NCBI GenBank assembly: GCA_032718475.1
Contig: JAUCBJ010002425.1
Span: forward strand, 20,604 to 84,603
DNA from: Nemertoderma westbladi
Taxonomy: Eukaryota; Animalia; Xenacoelomorpha
Reading direction: 5' to 3'
DNA: 64,000 nucleotides
A model generated the notes under the pieces. The model ran no database searches. It had not been told where the DNA came from and saw only the letters and a program-made list of their open reading frames with translations. Numbering within the stretch: position 1 is the first letter of the stretch; the number at the start of each line of letters is the position of its first letter. The translations under genes and the position numbers were made by a program. This document shows positions 14,365-25,857 of this stretch, one piece after another.

Positions 14365-14641
14365 GGCCCATTTGAAGAATACCAGACTTCTGCCGTTATA
14401 TTTCACTTTGCAGTTACCCCTATGTGAATAATACCATGTTTTCACCAAAAACAAAGGTTACAGAAGGGCTGAATCTAACCAAAACAATAGACGAATTAGT
14501 ATATGTACAGGTTATAAGACAGAAATAAGCGCTGTAAAACACTTAATAAAAATAAATTAAAAAAAATAAAAAATCTTCATATATAAAATTCCAATAAAAA
14601 GTCGACCGAAAAGTCAAATCCTGGTATTCTTCACATGGGCG
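14365..14641. mobile_element. MITE, family GGCCCATGTGAAGAATACCAG (second copy 44344-44622)
   Basis: Terminal inverted repeats GCCCAT(T/G)TGAAGAATACCAG / CTGGTATTCTTCACATGGGC; closely similar along its length to 44344-44622; degenerate inverted copy near 56467-56715. Confidence 0.8.
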
Positions 14642-15948
14642 CAATTTTTCGCTAAGCCACTCCACTAATTATAATTGAAGTATTGCCGATTGATGTGGCG
14701 ATTTAGCCGTATTGTAGTGAGTCCATACGCACTCTGACAAATGTCGTTTCAAGGTTCGCAGGTTTATATCAGTATATATTCTAGTCAGTTAATAAACGCT
14801 GTTATTAAACCGATATACCTTTAAAACTAAGCAAGAAATCGAAAAACAGTTTGAAGTTTTGAATTCACCACCAAATTTTGTCATGAAATAAATAAAAAAA
14901 ATACTTTGTATTTTTTTACCCTTCTCGTTAAAACCTTCAGATTTTAGTTGACATTGTCAACGGAATGAAAATTCATCCCCCTCCAGGGGGAAAATCGACA
15001 AAAATAACTGCCGATTACTCCTAAAAATAAAACTGTACAGTAATCTCTTCTAATGTCTTTCTACGGTGGCTGATCTTTGTCAATTAATTATTTTTTTTTC
15101 AGAAGTTCTCTATGACGTCATAATTTTTGGTCGAAAATAAATTTATTTATTTGAAATGTACTTAAAGTAACCAATTAACGGCCTGTGCATGTGCAAATCT
15201 CGCCCTACAAGGTGGGCGATCGGTACCTGCGCCGTGTTCCCACGGTTACGATATCTCAAACTCGTAAGTATAAAAACTGTACCGGTAGAAGTTGCAGCTG
15301 TACAGAGTAAAGGAGTAAAGAAGAAAATAAATACAAAAGGAAATAGGCATACAACAAGCGGGTCCCGGAAGGAACATTGACTGAATGATTCCATGGAGGG
15401 AAATTTAAATGTAATAGTTGACTACTATCGCCAGTTGAGTTAGACACTAACACATTTAGGCAGTTAGGTATTTTGTAATATATAATAATAATCATCTTAT
15501 TAATCTTTTGTTTAATCGGAAAAAATAATTAAAAAAAATAAATTACTTTTCTTTTTCTGGGATTAGAACCCTTGACCTCAAGATTAAGTGACTAATATAA
15601 GTGACTAATCCCCCCCCCCCCCCCCACCCCCTACTAATGTTTTTCAAATTCCAATCATATGCTACTAAATTTGGTATGAAGGTAGTTCAATGGCAATATT
15701 TGCCGTCTTTATTTGTATTGATTTATTTATACTTTATTTGTCGTCTTTGGAATGTAATCTAGATATCATGAGAACTGCCTGACTGCCTTCATCTGCAGAT
15801 TCCGATTCTGAAAACCGGTCTAAATTTTACCAAAAATAACTAGAGATATATAAGCGGTCTAAAAGGTCTAAATACTAAGTGTAAATATTTACCATATATT
15901 TGGTGAACATAAATTAGGAGTAGCAGTTGATCGTTAAAGATTACTTAT

Positions 15949-16021
15949 ATCCCATCCCATCCCATCCCATCCCACCCCATCCCATCCCATCCCATCCCAT
16001 CCCATCCCACCCCATCCCATC
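15949..16021. repeat. (CCCAT)n microsatellite
   Basis: About 14 pentamer units seen directly. Confidence 0.95.
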
Positions 16022-16285
16022 AATAAATGCGCTATATACTGTATATTATGAGCACTATATGTTCATATTAATATTTATTATTTTTATTTAACGCCATGTT
16101 TCCAGGCGAAAGTTCTAGAATATAATTCTATAACCAAGATACATGGGCCCGCAATATCATCACTATCCTACGACGGACGTACAGATAGGAAGACTGGAAG
16201 ACTAATTGACGGATACGGGATACACCGTATTGGCGTTCGCCGACTTTGATGAAGAAGATCTCAAGCAACTAATCAACCCTGACGG

Positions 16286-16519
16286 TTACGTTCGTTGATG
16301 TACATATAAGTTACTCTTCTTGGTGAACGTGGTACCACACACCATGCAGTCTATTACTGCCGATGGCGACGAGTCATCTTCGCTTCCTTCGCATTTCCTC
16401 TTACGACCTCTAACGGTAACAACTTCTTGATCGTGAACAGTTTTACGATGTTTGTTTAAATTACCGACACATGAAAATAATTTGTCACAAATACTACAGG
16501 ATGTGGATGAGTCTTCCAT
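16286..16519 (-). pseudogene. Truncated C2H2 zinc-finger ORF (probable transposase N-terminus) inside the TIR element
   Basis: MEDSSTSCSICDKLFSCVGNLNKHRKTVH..RGRKRK..CMVCGTTFTKKSNLYVHQRT*; starts just inside the right TIR; the second finger is cut before its last His. Confidence 0.65.
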
Positions 16520-16804
16520 TCAATATTAAAAGTTGTCGATGACAATAACACTGAAATACATTTATTGTTATAATACAAATACCTAACTGCCTAAATGTGT
16601 TAGTGTCTAACTCAACTGGCGATAGTAGTCAACTATTACATTTAAATTTCCCTCCATGGAATCATTCAGTCAATGTTCCTTCCGGGACCCGCTTGTGGCA
16701 TACAGCTGTACAGAAATAGTTCATTAGGCCTACTACAGCAGTACAGTACTGCAGTACTGCCTACAGAAGTAGTTTGAATACTCAGATACTGGAATAAGGA
16801 AATT

Positions 16805-17533
16805 ATGAAAACACGAGGTCGAAGTAAGACTGCCGTACCGGTACCGGAATGTGTTTCTGCTTCTACCAAATCAGGTAGCAATTCCGGTGCCGGTAACAAG
16901 AAACGTAGTTCCGTAGGGAATCCAAACGACCACGAACGCCGTAGAAAACAATATGCATCGTCAACGCTTAAACGGAGATGTCGCCATATTGACGAACTGG
17001 AAAACACAAGGACAAGGACAACCCCCTTATCGAACCATTTCCATGGAGCCCTTTTTACCGACTCGATGAACAGCATCGATTCGCCGTTGGGAATTGCAGG
17101 ACCTAATAAATCCTCGACCCCGTTTGATGTTTTAAAATCATCGCGATTTAATAGACTCTCCGATTCCGCGTTTGGATTTGTATCTCACGACAATTCTTTG
17201 GAGTTAATCAGCGCTGGACTGAACCTCACCCCAGATGCGTCAAAACTGCCCGCCGAGTCTGGGATGAACAAGAATCCGAGATCGGAATTTATCGTGGATA
17301 CCGATACTGAATCTCGCGAACCCGCTACAAAGAACGCCGACGAAAACTTTGTGCTTTTTCGCACTCCGACCCAGAAAGGCAAAGCCGGTGGAAGTAAAGG
17401 GAAACGAAAGACTAACAACAGAAAGAGAAAGGAGAAATCGGTTAAATTTATAACAGAAACTGGTGATGATGAAATGGAAGAGTTTAAGAGACATCTAGCA
17501 GACTGTAACGAATACCAACTTCATATCGCTTGA
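16805..17533 (+). CDS. CDCA5: Sororin (CDCA5/Dalmatian)-like cohesin regulator, intronless
   Basis: 242-aa basic disordered protein with S/T-P sites (SSTPF, RTP), an FGF motif (DSAFGFVS), a Lys-rich patch and a C-terminal EMEEFKRHLADCNEYQLHIA resembling the sororin C-terminal motif (..MNAEFEAAEQFDLLVE). Confidence 0.62.
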   Translation: MKTRGRSKTAVPVPECVSASTKSGSNSGAGNKKRSSVGNPNDHERRRKQYASSTLKRRCRHIDELENTRTRTTPLSNHFHGALFTDSMNSIDSPLGIAGPNKSSTPFDVLKSSRFNRLSDSAFGFVSHDNSLELISAGLNLTPDASKLPAESGMNKNPRSEFIVDTDTESREPATKNADENFVLFRTPTQKGKAGGSKGKRKTNNRKRKEKSVKFITETGDDEMEEFKRHLADCNEYQLHIA

Positions 17534-18466
17534 TAATCGCTGAAGTCACTTTAAATGTTTAATTAATAGTCCTACTGGTAATTATTGAGCATGTGAATTT
17601 GAATTTTTTTGTTTTATGTTTTGTTATTATGTTTGTTTTTTGTTCTCATCTCATTTATAGTTTTTAGTAGTTTTGTAACTCGATGTTATATTTAGTATAT
17701 ACTGCATTGACCCGTAATATATTGATTAGTTTAGAGGCAGAAGTTGCCTTTTATTTTTGTAGTTAAAATCGTGGCTAATCTTTACATTAGCCGCCACTAC
17801 GAGTTTTCGATATCTCAATAAAGGTCGCATTGTAATGTTTCCTCATGTGATCCGGCGTTCAACATTAATTAATTAATTACATGGATAATAATAGCGTTTT
17901 CCCCTTAGAGCCCTTGTCGCTGTTCGGCTGAGGCTGACCCTTCCTCGAGTTATTATACTGTTATTTTGCGGTTATTTTTCATACAAAACGTAATTTTATT
18001 TTTAAAATCCCCTTTCTTTCTTTCCTTTTATTTTAATGCGGGAAGATTTTCAGCTACTTGGAATGGGAGTTGAGTTGGTTGGAGAGGGGGGGGGGGGGGG
18101 GGTACTGACTTAATAGGCAGTGTAGAATTTGTTCTCGTCAAATTATGTCAGCTGGGAATTAATCGAATTGAATTATTCTAACCTATTACACAAATCATCT
18201 ACCCTCATTAACGTCCTACACATTATCTGCAGGAATATGATCGGCAATATTTAAATATTACAAAATATCTTTGAATCTCCCACATCATTACTGGTTTATA
18301 ATCCTTGCAGCGCAATCATTCTAGTGATACTTATTATTTACTTTTACAAAAGGCGCTATATTTTAACTTGAAATATTTTAAAATTTAATTAAATCCTGTA
18401 GATATTGGGGGGAGAAGTGTCTGCAGAAACTAGTACTATTACGGATTTAGGGGCTATGGTGTACAT

Positions 18467-19646
18467 TAGGGATGCGACAGAGCTAAAATTTCATCCGGAG
18501 CCGGAGCCCGGAGGTTTCTCCGGATTACAATATGAGCTCCGGCCGGAGACGGAGCCGGAGCCGGATGTTTGGTGATTGATAATGCAGGTGTATTATTATA
18601 GTAGACATAGACAGATATGTGTTCATGAGACATGGGGGGGGGGGGGGTTGATGCAATTTCTTACGCGGTGAAGTAATATCTCGCCTCAATGTTAAATTAT
18701 CAATTAAGGGAAATGAGCAGTTTACAGTCGCACACTATTCTAATCAAAACAATATACTAACTATATTCAATATAACAGGTTACATTTTTTTGGGGAGAAA
18801 TCAGCAGTTATTTGCTCAATTTTCCCCTGGAGAGGGAAGGTATGAATTTATATTGCGTCCAAAGACTCCCTGCTGTAAAATGGTACATCAACCAATGGGT
18901 ACCTGTGACGAAGCCAAAAAACTATATTGGGGGGGGGGGGGGGGGGGGGGTGCTACTCTACCGACATCAAAACAGGACATTATTATGACCATCATTAATT
19001 ACGTCTATAATTTATGTCAGGTAATTCGTCATAGGTCCTATGGTCGTTAGGTCCTGTGACATAATGTCCTTCGACAATAGATCCTTAGTTACAACAGCTA
19101 TGATTACTAGTATAAAATTAATCTGTAACATGTGCTATCGAGTCTCGTTTATTGTTTTGGTTACAATAATACCGGTCCGTTACTATATAACCTGCACCAT
19201 TCTCGACTGAAGAAACAAAATGAACAGTACCAGCCTGTTGTGGATGGGGGGTGGGGGTCAGTGGAATTGGGGTTCTAGACTGACGAACGAAACGATAGTA
19301 GCCTACATGTATTTAAGATTTTTTAATTAGGGAAGAATATTAATTGAATTAACTGAATCATTTCAATGTTTTTGTTCAAACATTTAAACAATTTCACAAG
19401 GGGGGTGGGGGTTATCAGGAAACTTAAAAAAACAAGCTGTAAATTACTTAATGAGTTATTATGTTAATTACTATGATATTTACATTATTCATACATCAGA
19501 AAAACTTATTATTTTAATTCGAATTTAAACAATATAAGCTCCGGATTGGCTCCGGGTTAATTTGCCCGGAGCCGGAACCAGATCCGGAACTAGAAAATTG
19601 GCCCGGAGCTCCGGGTTTCCGGAGCCGGAGCTCTGTCGCATCCCTA
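18467..19646. mobile_element. Non-autonomous hAT element
   Basis: TIRs TAGGGATGCGACAGAGCT / AGCTCTGTCGCATCCCTA, subterminal CCGGAG repeats, perfect 8-bp TSD GTGTACAT (18459-18466, 19647-19654). Confidence 0.9.
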
Positions 19647-22367
19647 GTGTACATACAATCAGAAATGGGTTACTTTACTTACAATACAGCCGATTTACAA
19701 ACCATATTATTATTTTATAATTACCTTTAATTAATAATTATTATTGTTACCTTTATTGAAAACTCACTGAAAAGTATTATTGTTACCCTTTATTTAGGTA
19801 TACTTTTGTACCACATACCTTTGTTTGTATAATATATCAGTGGTCCTTGGGTTCGTTTATTGTAGCGCATCTCACACTAGTTAGAAAACTTTAACTCGTA
19901 CTTTTCGAAATAGCGATGTCGTAACCATTCTCGATGTTCTCAGTGTTTTTTTGCGCCCTTTTGCCCCTTTTCCACCCAGATAGTGGCGCATATTGACCGC
20001 AAGTGAAAATTGTAATCTTCAGCGCAAATTTACCGCAAGGTAAATAAAGTCTCGTTTATTGTTTTGGTTAGAAAACACTGCCACAAAACACTCCTTTCCC
20101 TTAATGTTTTAAATTAAATACATTTTTCAAACCCACGAAACACACATTTGGTGGGTCCTTTTGCGCCATTGACTCTGCCCAGTGCCCACATATATGTAAT
20201 ATGTCATATATGTAATTATTACCAATCGTTGAATATTGAATTTATCAATGTTTACTGATTTCTGGCGACAATTATATTTTTTGTCAGCATTCATCATTAC
20301 AAAGTAGTCGAATTTTGTTTAAATTTTAATTTGTTTGTATTTTTAATATAGTTTTATATCATTATTAATATATTGATCACTTATAAATTAAAACAACCAA
20401 TAATATTAAAGTTTTATTGTTCGTGTGACTACTGTAATTCAAATGTACTAAAATGACTAATTTAACAAAGTAACTTAAACAACCCCCCCCCCCCCCCCTC
20501 ACCCCCTCCGCCCCAAACGGTATAAACTTGGCGTCGGAAGCAAGCTTATAAGGCACCTTACGTAGTCAAAAATAACTGAATCCATTACATTAGTTCGCGT
20601 TTCATTCTGGTTAGGAATATATGAATCATACCATAGAAATTTAATCCTATTTTGTAAGTAAATAAGAATGCAATATCCTTTAAATTTATAAATAGTATGA
20701 CATTGGTGACTGGACTGGACATGGTGCCTGAGACCAGATAGATTGGGCTCATGTCCTACGAAAGAGATGCAGATGAACATTCTTTTTGGGGCCTGTGTTA
20801 TGATTGAGGAATTGATTACATTGGAAGTGGAAGAGATTTTGTGTCAAGTCGAGTTGCAATATCATTATATTTGTACATAAAAGTTAGACATCGAAATACA
20901 GGTTCGTGGGACCGAGGTAAGACAAGGTAAGCAAACTTACTTATGGGTACCACTGCCCGGGCAACGGAGAACTATTTAGTCCCCTCACGAAAATTATATA
21001 TCAGTCTTTTAACAGACTACATGCGTGTATCAAGTTTAAGTTTAGTTATTAAACAAACATTTGTCGACAGAAAGTCCGACTAACAGACAAGTACTAACAG
21101 TGTGGTACAATGCGAGGCCAATTTAGTATGGGGTGAACTTTTTAATTTAATATATTGAATTTGGTTGCTAAATTTTTAATCTTTCTCAAAATTATTATTC
21201 CAAGCAATTTTTTTTCGTAAATTGTTTTATTGAAGTGCCATTGTTAAAGTATTTTAACATATCACACAATGGTATTCTTGTTTTTATCGTTATTTTTGTT
21301 GTTATTATTGTTTTTATAATTATTATTGTGTCTCTGTTTGCAGAAGGCCGTTCTTATTACATTTAACTGCTTCCTTTCCCGACCCGATATACCTGCAACG
21401 TTTTCACTGTTTTTAATATTGTTCAAAACGAAACTTTTTTACAAATATAACAATAAGTTATTATCAATCTCATATATTGACTAAATTATTAGTATTGTTT
21501 ACCTGTAGGGTCAATTATTTGAATTTGTTTTCTTTCTGCATGACTTTGCTGCTCGTCCGAATTTCCCATTGGGTTTAATTGGGACGCAGACAATCTGTTG
21601 CGCCATCTTGCGATAACAAACTCGTATTGGTCTTCTGAAGTGCTAAAGACTTCTTTGCACGCACTGAAGAGCATTGATCCAGGTACACTCTTGCCCAAAG
21701 ACAATGACATTCAGAAATATATTTTATAAACATTTAAAATAATTACAATAATTCTTAGTATTTTTTACGTTTGGGTTTTACGCCATAAACACATTAAGTA
21801 CCGGTAATTTATAACAACATGTTATATTCCTAGACCAAATAAGCTATTAGCGTTGGTGATTTCCAATGTTGAGGGTTTTATAATCTTCACTTTATATTTC
21901 TCGATAAAGTTGATAAATGCTCGAACGTGGTTGGCTGGCGGGACGTGGCATGTTGCCTATCCTTACTATTATATTGTTAAAGGAAAAATGTATAAAGTTT
22001 TTTCGAATGATTGAAGAGGATCTCATTGTAGTGGCCCACCCAATCAGCTGTTGTTTTACTTGGTTCGGCAGTTAGTGTTGTGAGTCGGATTTGCACTTTA
22101 TTGGCTCATATGATTAATTAAACATTTTCTTGAGATTGCTTCTTCAGATAATGTACACTTATTGGGAGCTGTTCCAATCAAAATAGGGTAATTTAAATCT
22201 CCTCTATACATTTAAGCAATAAAACAACTATTATGTAAGCGGAAATAAATATATGCAAGCTAGCAAAACAAATACTAATTAATTGACCAATCAATGTGTG
22301 GAAAAGTGGGGAAAACTTTATTGTAAGATTTTTTATAACACAATAGCTATATCTATTAGATGAATTG

Positions 22368-22685
22368 TTGTTGGGTGGGGTGACGGCGAATTAAATATAT
22401 GTTATGATATTGCTCTCCATATAGCGAAAAATATCAACCGAACCTATTGGGGCTCGAACCCGGTACCTAGGTATCAAACTTCCCGTTATCATCAGGGGGG
22501 GTGTGTGTCCTAAGACAACTGAGCTACAAGGACGGATGAAGAAATATTTCGCTATGAAGTGGGCTATCATATTTAGGTAGTTGTAATGGGTTATCCAGTC
22601 ACTATAAGGAAAGTACAACGTGTTTGCTATGGAGAGCATTATCATAGCATAATATATATTTAATTCGCCGTCACCCCACCCCACA
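22368..22685 (-). mobile_element. Inverted-repeat-bounded element containing a tRNA-like A/B-box unit with an embedded hammerhead-like motif
   Basis: ~60-bp outer IR (GGGTGGGGTGACGGCGAATTAAATATAT..); minus strand reads A box TAGCTCAGTTG (22516-22526), CTGATGA-TAAC-GGGAA-GTTT-GATA-CCTAGG-TA-CCGGG, B box GGTTCGAGCCC (22450-22460). Partial inverted copy at 22803-22905. Confidence 0.6.
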
Positions 22686-24736
22686 TACGGGGTATCAGTG
22701 GTTTCTACAACACTGAAAATAGTTTTTCTTTGAGGCATGGTTGACATTTCTGGCAGAGTACGGGAAAAACGTTATACTTTCCTTAGAGTGACTGAAAAAG
22801 GCCTAAATATGATAACCCACTCCATAGCGTTCTAATTACTCATCCGTCCTCATCAGAGGTCTTAGGACACACACCCGGCTGATGATAACCGGAAATTTGA
22901 AACTCAATAAAATTTCGACCGACCGGTATACTTCACATGCGCCACTCGAGTTAGGCGATATACTGTAGTCAAGTGTCCCTGGTAAGTCGGCGAAGTTGCC
23001 AGGGTGAGGTCAATGACATTTGTTATTTATATTTCTTCATGTAATGAATAGCGGGTATCCTATAGAATACCCATTCATTAATAAATTTTATAAATTGTAA
23101 GTTTGTTTACTGTACTTCACAAAAGTAAAACTCGCAGATGGTTCATTTGGTATTCATTAAACAGCACTCGTCCCATGATTTCTTATCGTAACTTAGTAGC
23201 AAAATATTCTAATCCATCAGATGGTAACATTTATGTTTCACTCCAACCACCGACGGTGGCTATAAGGTACTGTAGGTCAATTATGATAAACACCGGACCA
23301 GCTCCTAAGCTCGTAAAGTGAGCATATCGTATAAACGACGACCCACTTCTTTACCGCCGCGTATAATATTTACGATTTACACGTGGCAAATCCAACTTCG
23401 CGTCCTGGGAAAACAGATAAAGAACGATAGGACAGCCAACACACGAAGCTTGTGGCGTCGTACTAGAGCTAATGACACCCACCGCTGGGAGAGTTTATCT
23501 GCATATAAAAGATCGCCCATCTTCCTCTACTAATTATTTACGGAATGATTAAATTGAGGACCTTAGTAACGGACGTTTCTAATGTTATCTACCTGAATGA
23601 CACAGAGTATAATTTGTCGCCGGGTTACTAAATCAATTGCCCCCTCCTGTTTATATAAATTGAAAACGGAAACTTATCATGTACTTAATTAGCTATACGA
23701 AACGAAAAAATCGAATTGAGATGGTTTCTAACTGTGAACAATAATGTAGGCCTACCTGTCTGTATGTATAGGCCTACTACTGTATTATAGTGCGCCGTGA
23801 ATTTGGTAAATAACAGTGTTCTAACCTAAATCGATTACCTTTGCTATTGTGGGCCGAGTGGAGCGAGTCAAAAAGTTTAGCACGAACCACAATAGGAATT
23901 GTCAGTTCGTCTGCCTGCCTGACCTGTTCAATGTTTGAATGTCACATTATCTGGGTGACAGTCGATAACGCCCCCCCGGCTCTAACGCCCCAGATTGTAG
24001 TGGTCTCTGTATTTGTGTGGAACAGACTTAGACAGCTGACCGATTTGTTTACAAATCATATAGATTGTATAAATTGTATAGATTGCATTTGCATACACCA
24101 TGTCCCAGAATATAGTGTCGTAGTAATTCAGTGACACGCCCCCCCCCCCCCCCCCCCCCCCTAATTTTTCTACAAATCTTAATGAGATTGCATGACATTT
24201 GAAAGATATAGTTTCACCTCCCGATCACTGACTGGGTGAGCCAGAATTTTTATTTTTGCTTTTAATCTTTAGCTACAAACGTTTAAAAAAGTGTCTCCGG
24301 TTCCAGTTTTAATTCCAATGTTTCAGGTGTGGGGCGAGCCACGTAGTTGGCGAAGAATCTGCTTAATATATTAGGTGGATGGGTAAAATAGTAATTGTAA
24401 ATAACTAGCCCAAACAACGAACGCCCAACCTCTTAAACCCAAACAATTCAATTCAATTCAATTGTGAATGAATGGGAGATAATATATAATTAATATTAAT
24501 ATAATAATTAATAATATATCATATAATTTTCTACAACGGGGGGGGGGGGGGGGGGGGGTGTGGTCCGGGGGCCCAGATGGTATCGTCGCGTTACGGCTAA
24601 TGTCGCGTTACGGGTAATCTATTTTCTTGGTTTTACATAGGGAATCATTATCAATATTATTCTACGGTGTTTACGTAGGCTACAGATGAGGTCCGAAAAA
24701 TGTTATGTAATAATGTTTTACAGCATATACTCATGA

Positions 24737-25705
24737 TTAATATATATTTCAAATTGTGTAATTATACTTTTAATTTATTAATAATAATTCGTTTTTAAAA
24801 AAAAGACAGAAGGGTTTTAAAATTATTTACAATTATTGTTGACCCTGACCCACCCCCAAATAATGGCAATACGCAAAGGTTTTGCCTAATATATGGCTAT
24901 CCCCACATTGGAACGCATTGGAACTAAGTTCGCTTCATTGGAACTAAGTTCGCTTCATTGGAACTAAGTTCGTATCCATTGGAACTAAATTAGCTTGCAT
25001 TGGAGCTAAATTCGTATCCATTGTCGAACTAAATTCGCTTGCATTGGAACTAAACTCGCATGCATTTGAACTAAGTTTGTTTTGATATTCTGGAATTGGA
25101 ACTAAGTTCGCCTCGATTGGAACTAAGTTCGCTTTATAAAATTTATTTTGGAACTAAATTCGTTTCAATTGGAACTAAGTTCGCTTTGAAATGTGCGATT
25201 GGAACTAAGTTTGTGCTACGAGTTCGTACTAAGTTCGTACGGTAGCACGAACTTAGTTCCAATCGCACATTTCCAAGGCGAACTTGGTCCCAATGGAAAC
25301 GAATTGAGTTCCAAAATAAATTCTATAAAGCAAACTTGGTTCCAATCGAGGCGAACTTAGTTCCAATCCCAGAATATCAAAACGAATTTAGTTCCAATGG
25401 ATGCGAATTTAGTTCCACTGGAAGCGAATTTAGTTCAAATGTATGCGAATTGAAATCCAATGGATGCGAACTTAGTTTCAATGGATACAAACTTAGTTCC
25501 AAAGCAAGCGAATTTAGTTCCAATGTTTCAATCGTGGGGTTAGCCACGTAGTAGGCGAAACCTCTGCGTATTGCCATTATTTGGGGGTGGGTCAGGGTCA
25601 ACAATAATTGTAAATAATTATTATAAAACCCTTCTGACATTTTTTAAAAACGAATTATTATTAGTGAATTAAAAGTATAATTACACATTTTGAAATATAT
25701 CAATT
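24737..25705. repeat. ~1-kb imperfect palindrome with internal 21-22-bp ATTGGAACTAAGTTCGC subrepeats (foldback-like element)
   Basis: Arms 24737-~25220 and ~25240-25705 are reverse complements (centre GTGCTAC..GTAGCAC); related arms at 24313-24481 (+) and 29572-29890 (-). Confidence 0.8.
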
Positions 25706-25857
25706 ACACCAATTACAATAGTACTTATTTGGGTTAGGTGGATGGGCGTTGTTTGGGTTAGATTCGTTAGAAGGTTAGGTGTAGTTTGTGTTAAGAGCTT
25801 CGGCGTTGTTTTTTTTACTATGAATATCATTTTAAATGATTAAACATAATTGAATTT

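Larger units (their letters stand above)
15354..16696. mobile_element. TIR DNA transposon derivative (~120-bp TIRs, 8-bp TSD) carrying a C2H2 zinc-finger fragment
   Basis: TIRs ACAAGCGGGTCCCGGAAGGAACATTG..GTTAGGTATT (15354-~15472) and the reverse complement (~16578-16696); TSD GGCATACA at 15346-15353 and 16697-16704. Confidence 0.88.

Noticed and set aside
15556-15592. Degenerate B box (minus strand GGTTCTAATCC) inside the 15354-16696 element
   Set aside because: No A box or ribozyme core nearby; too decayed to call.
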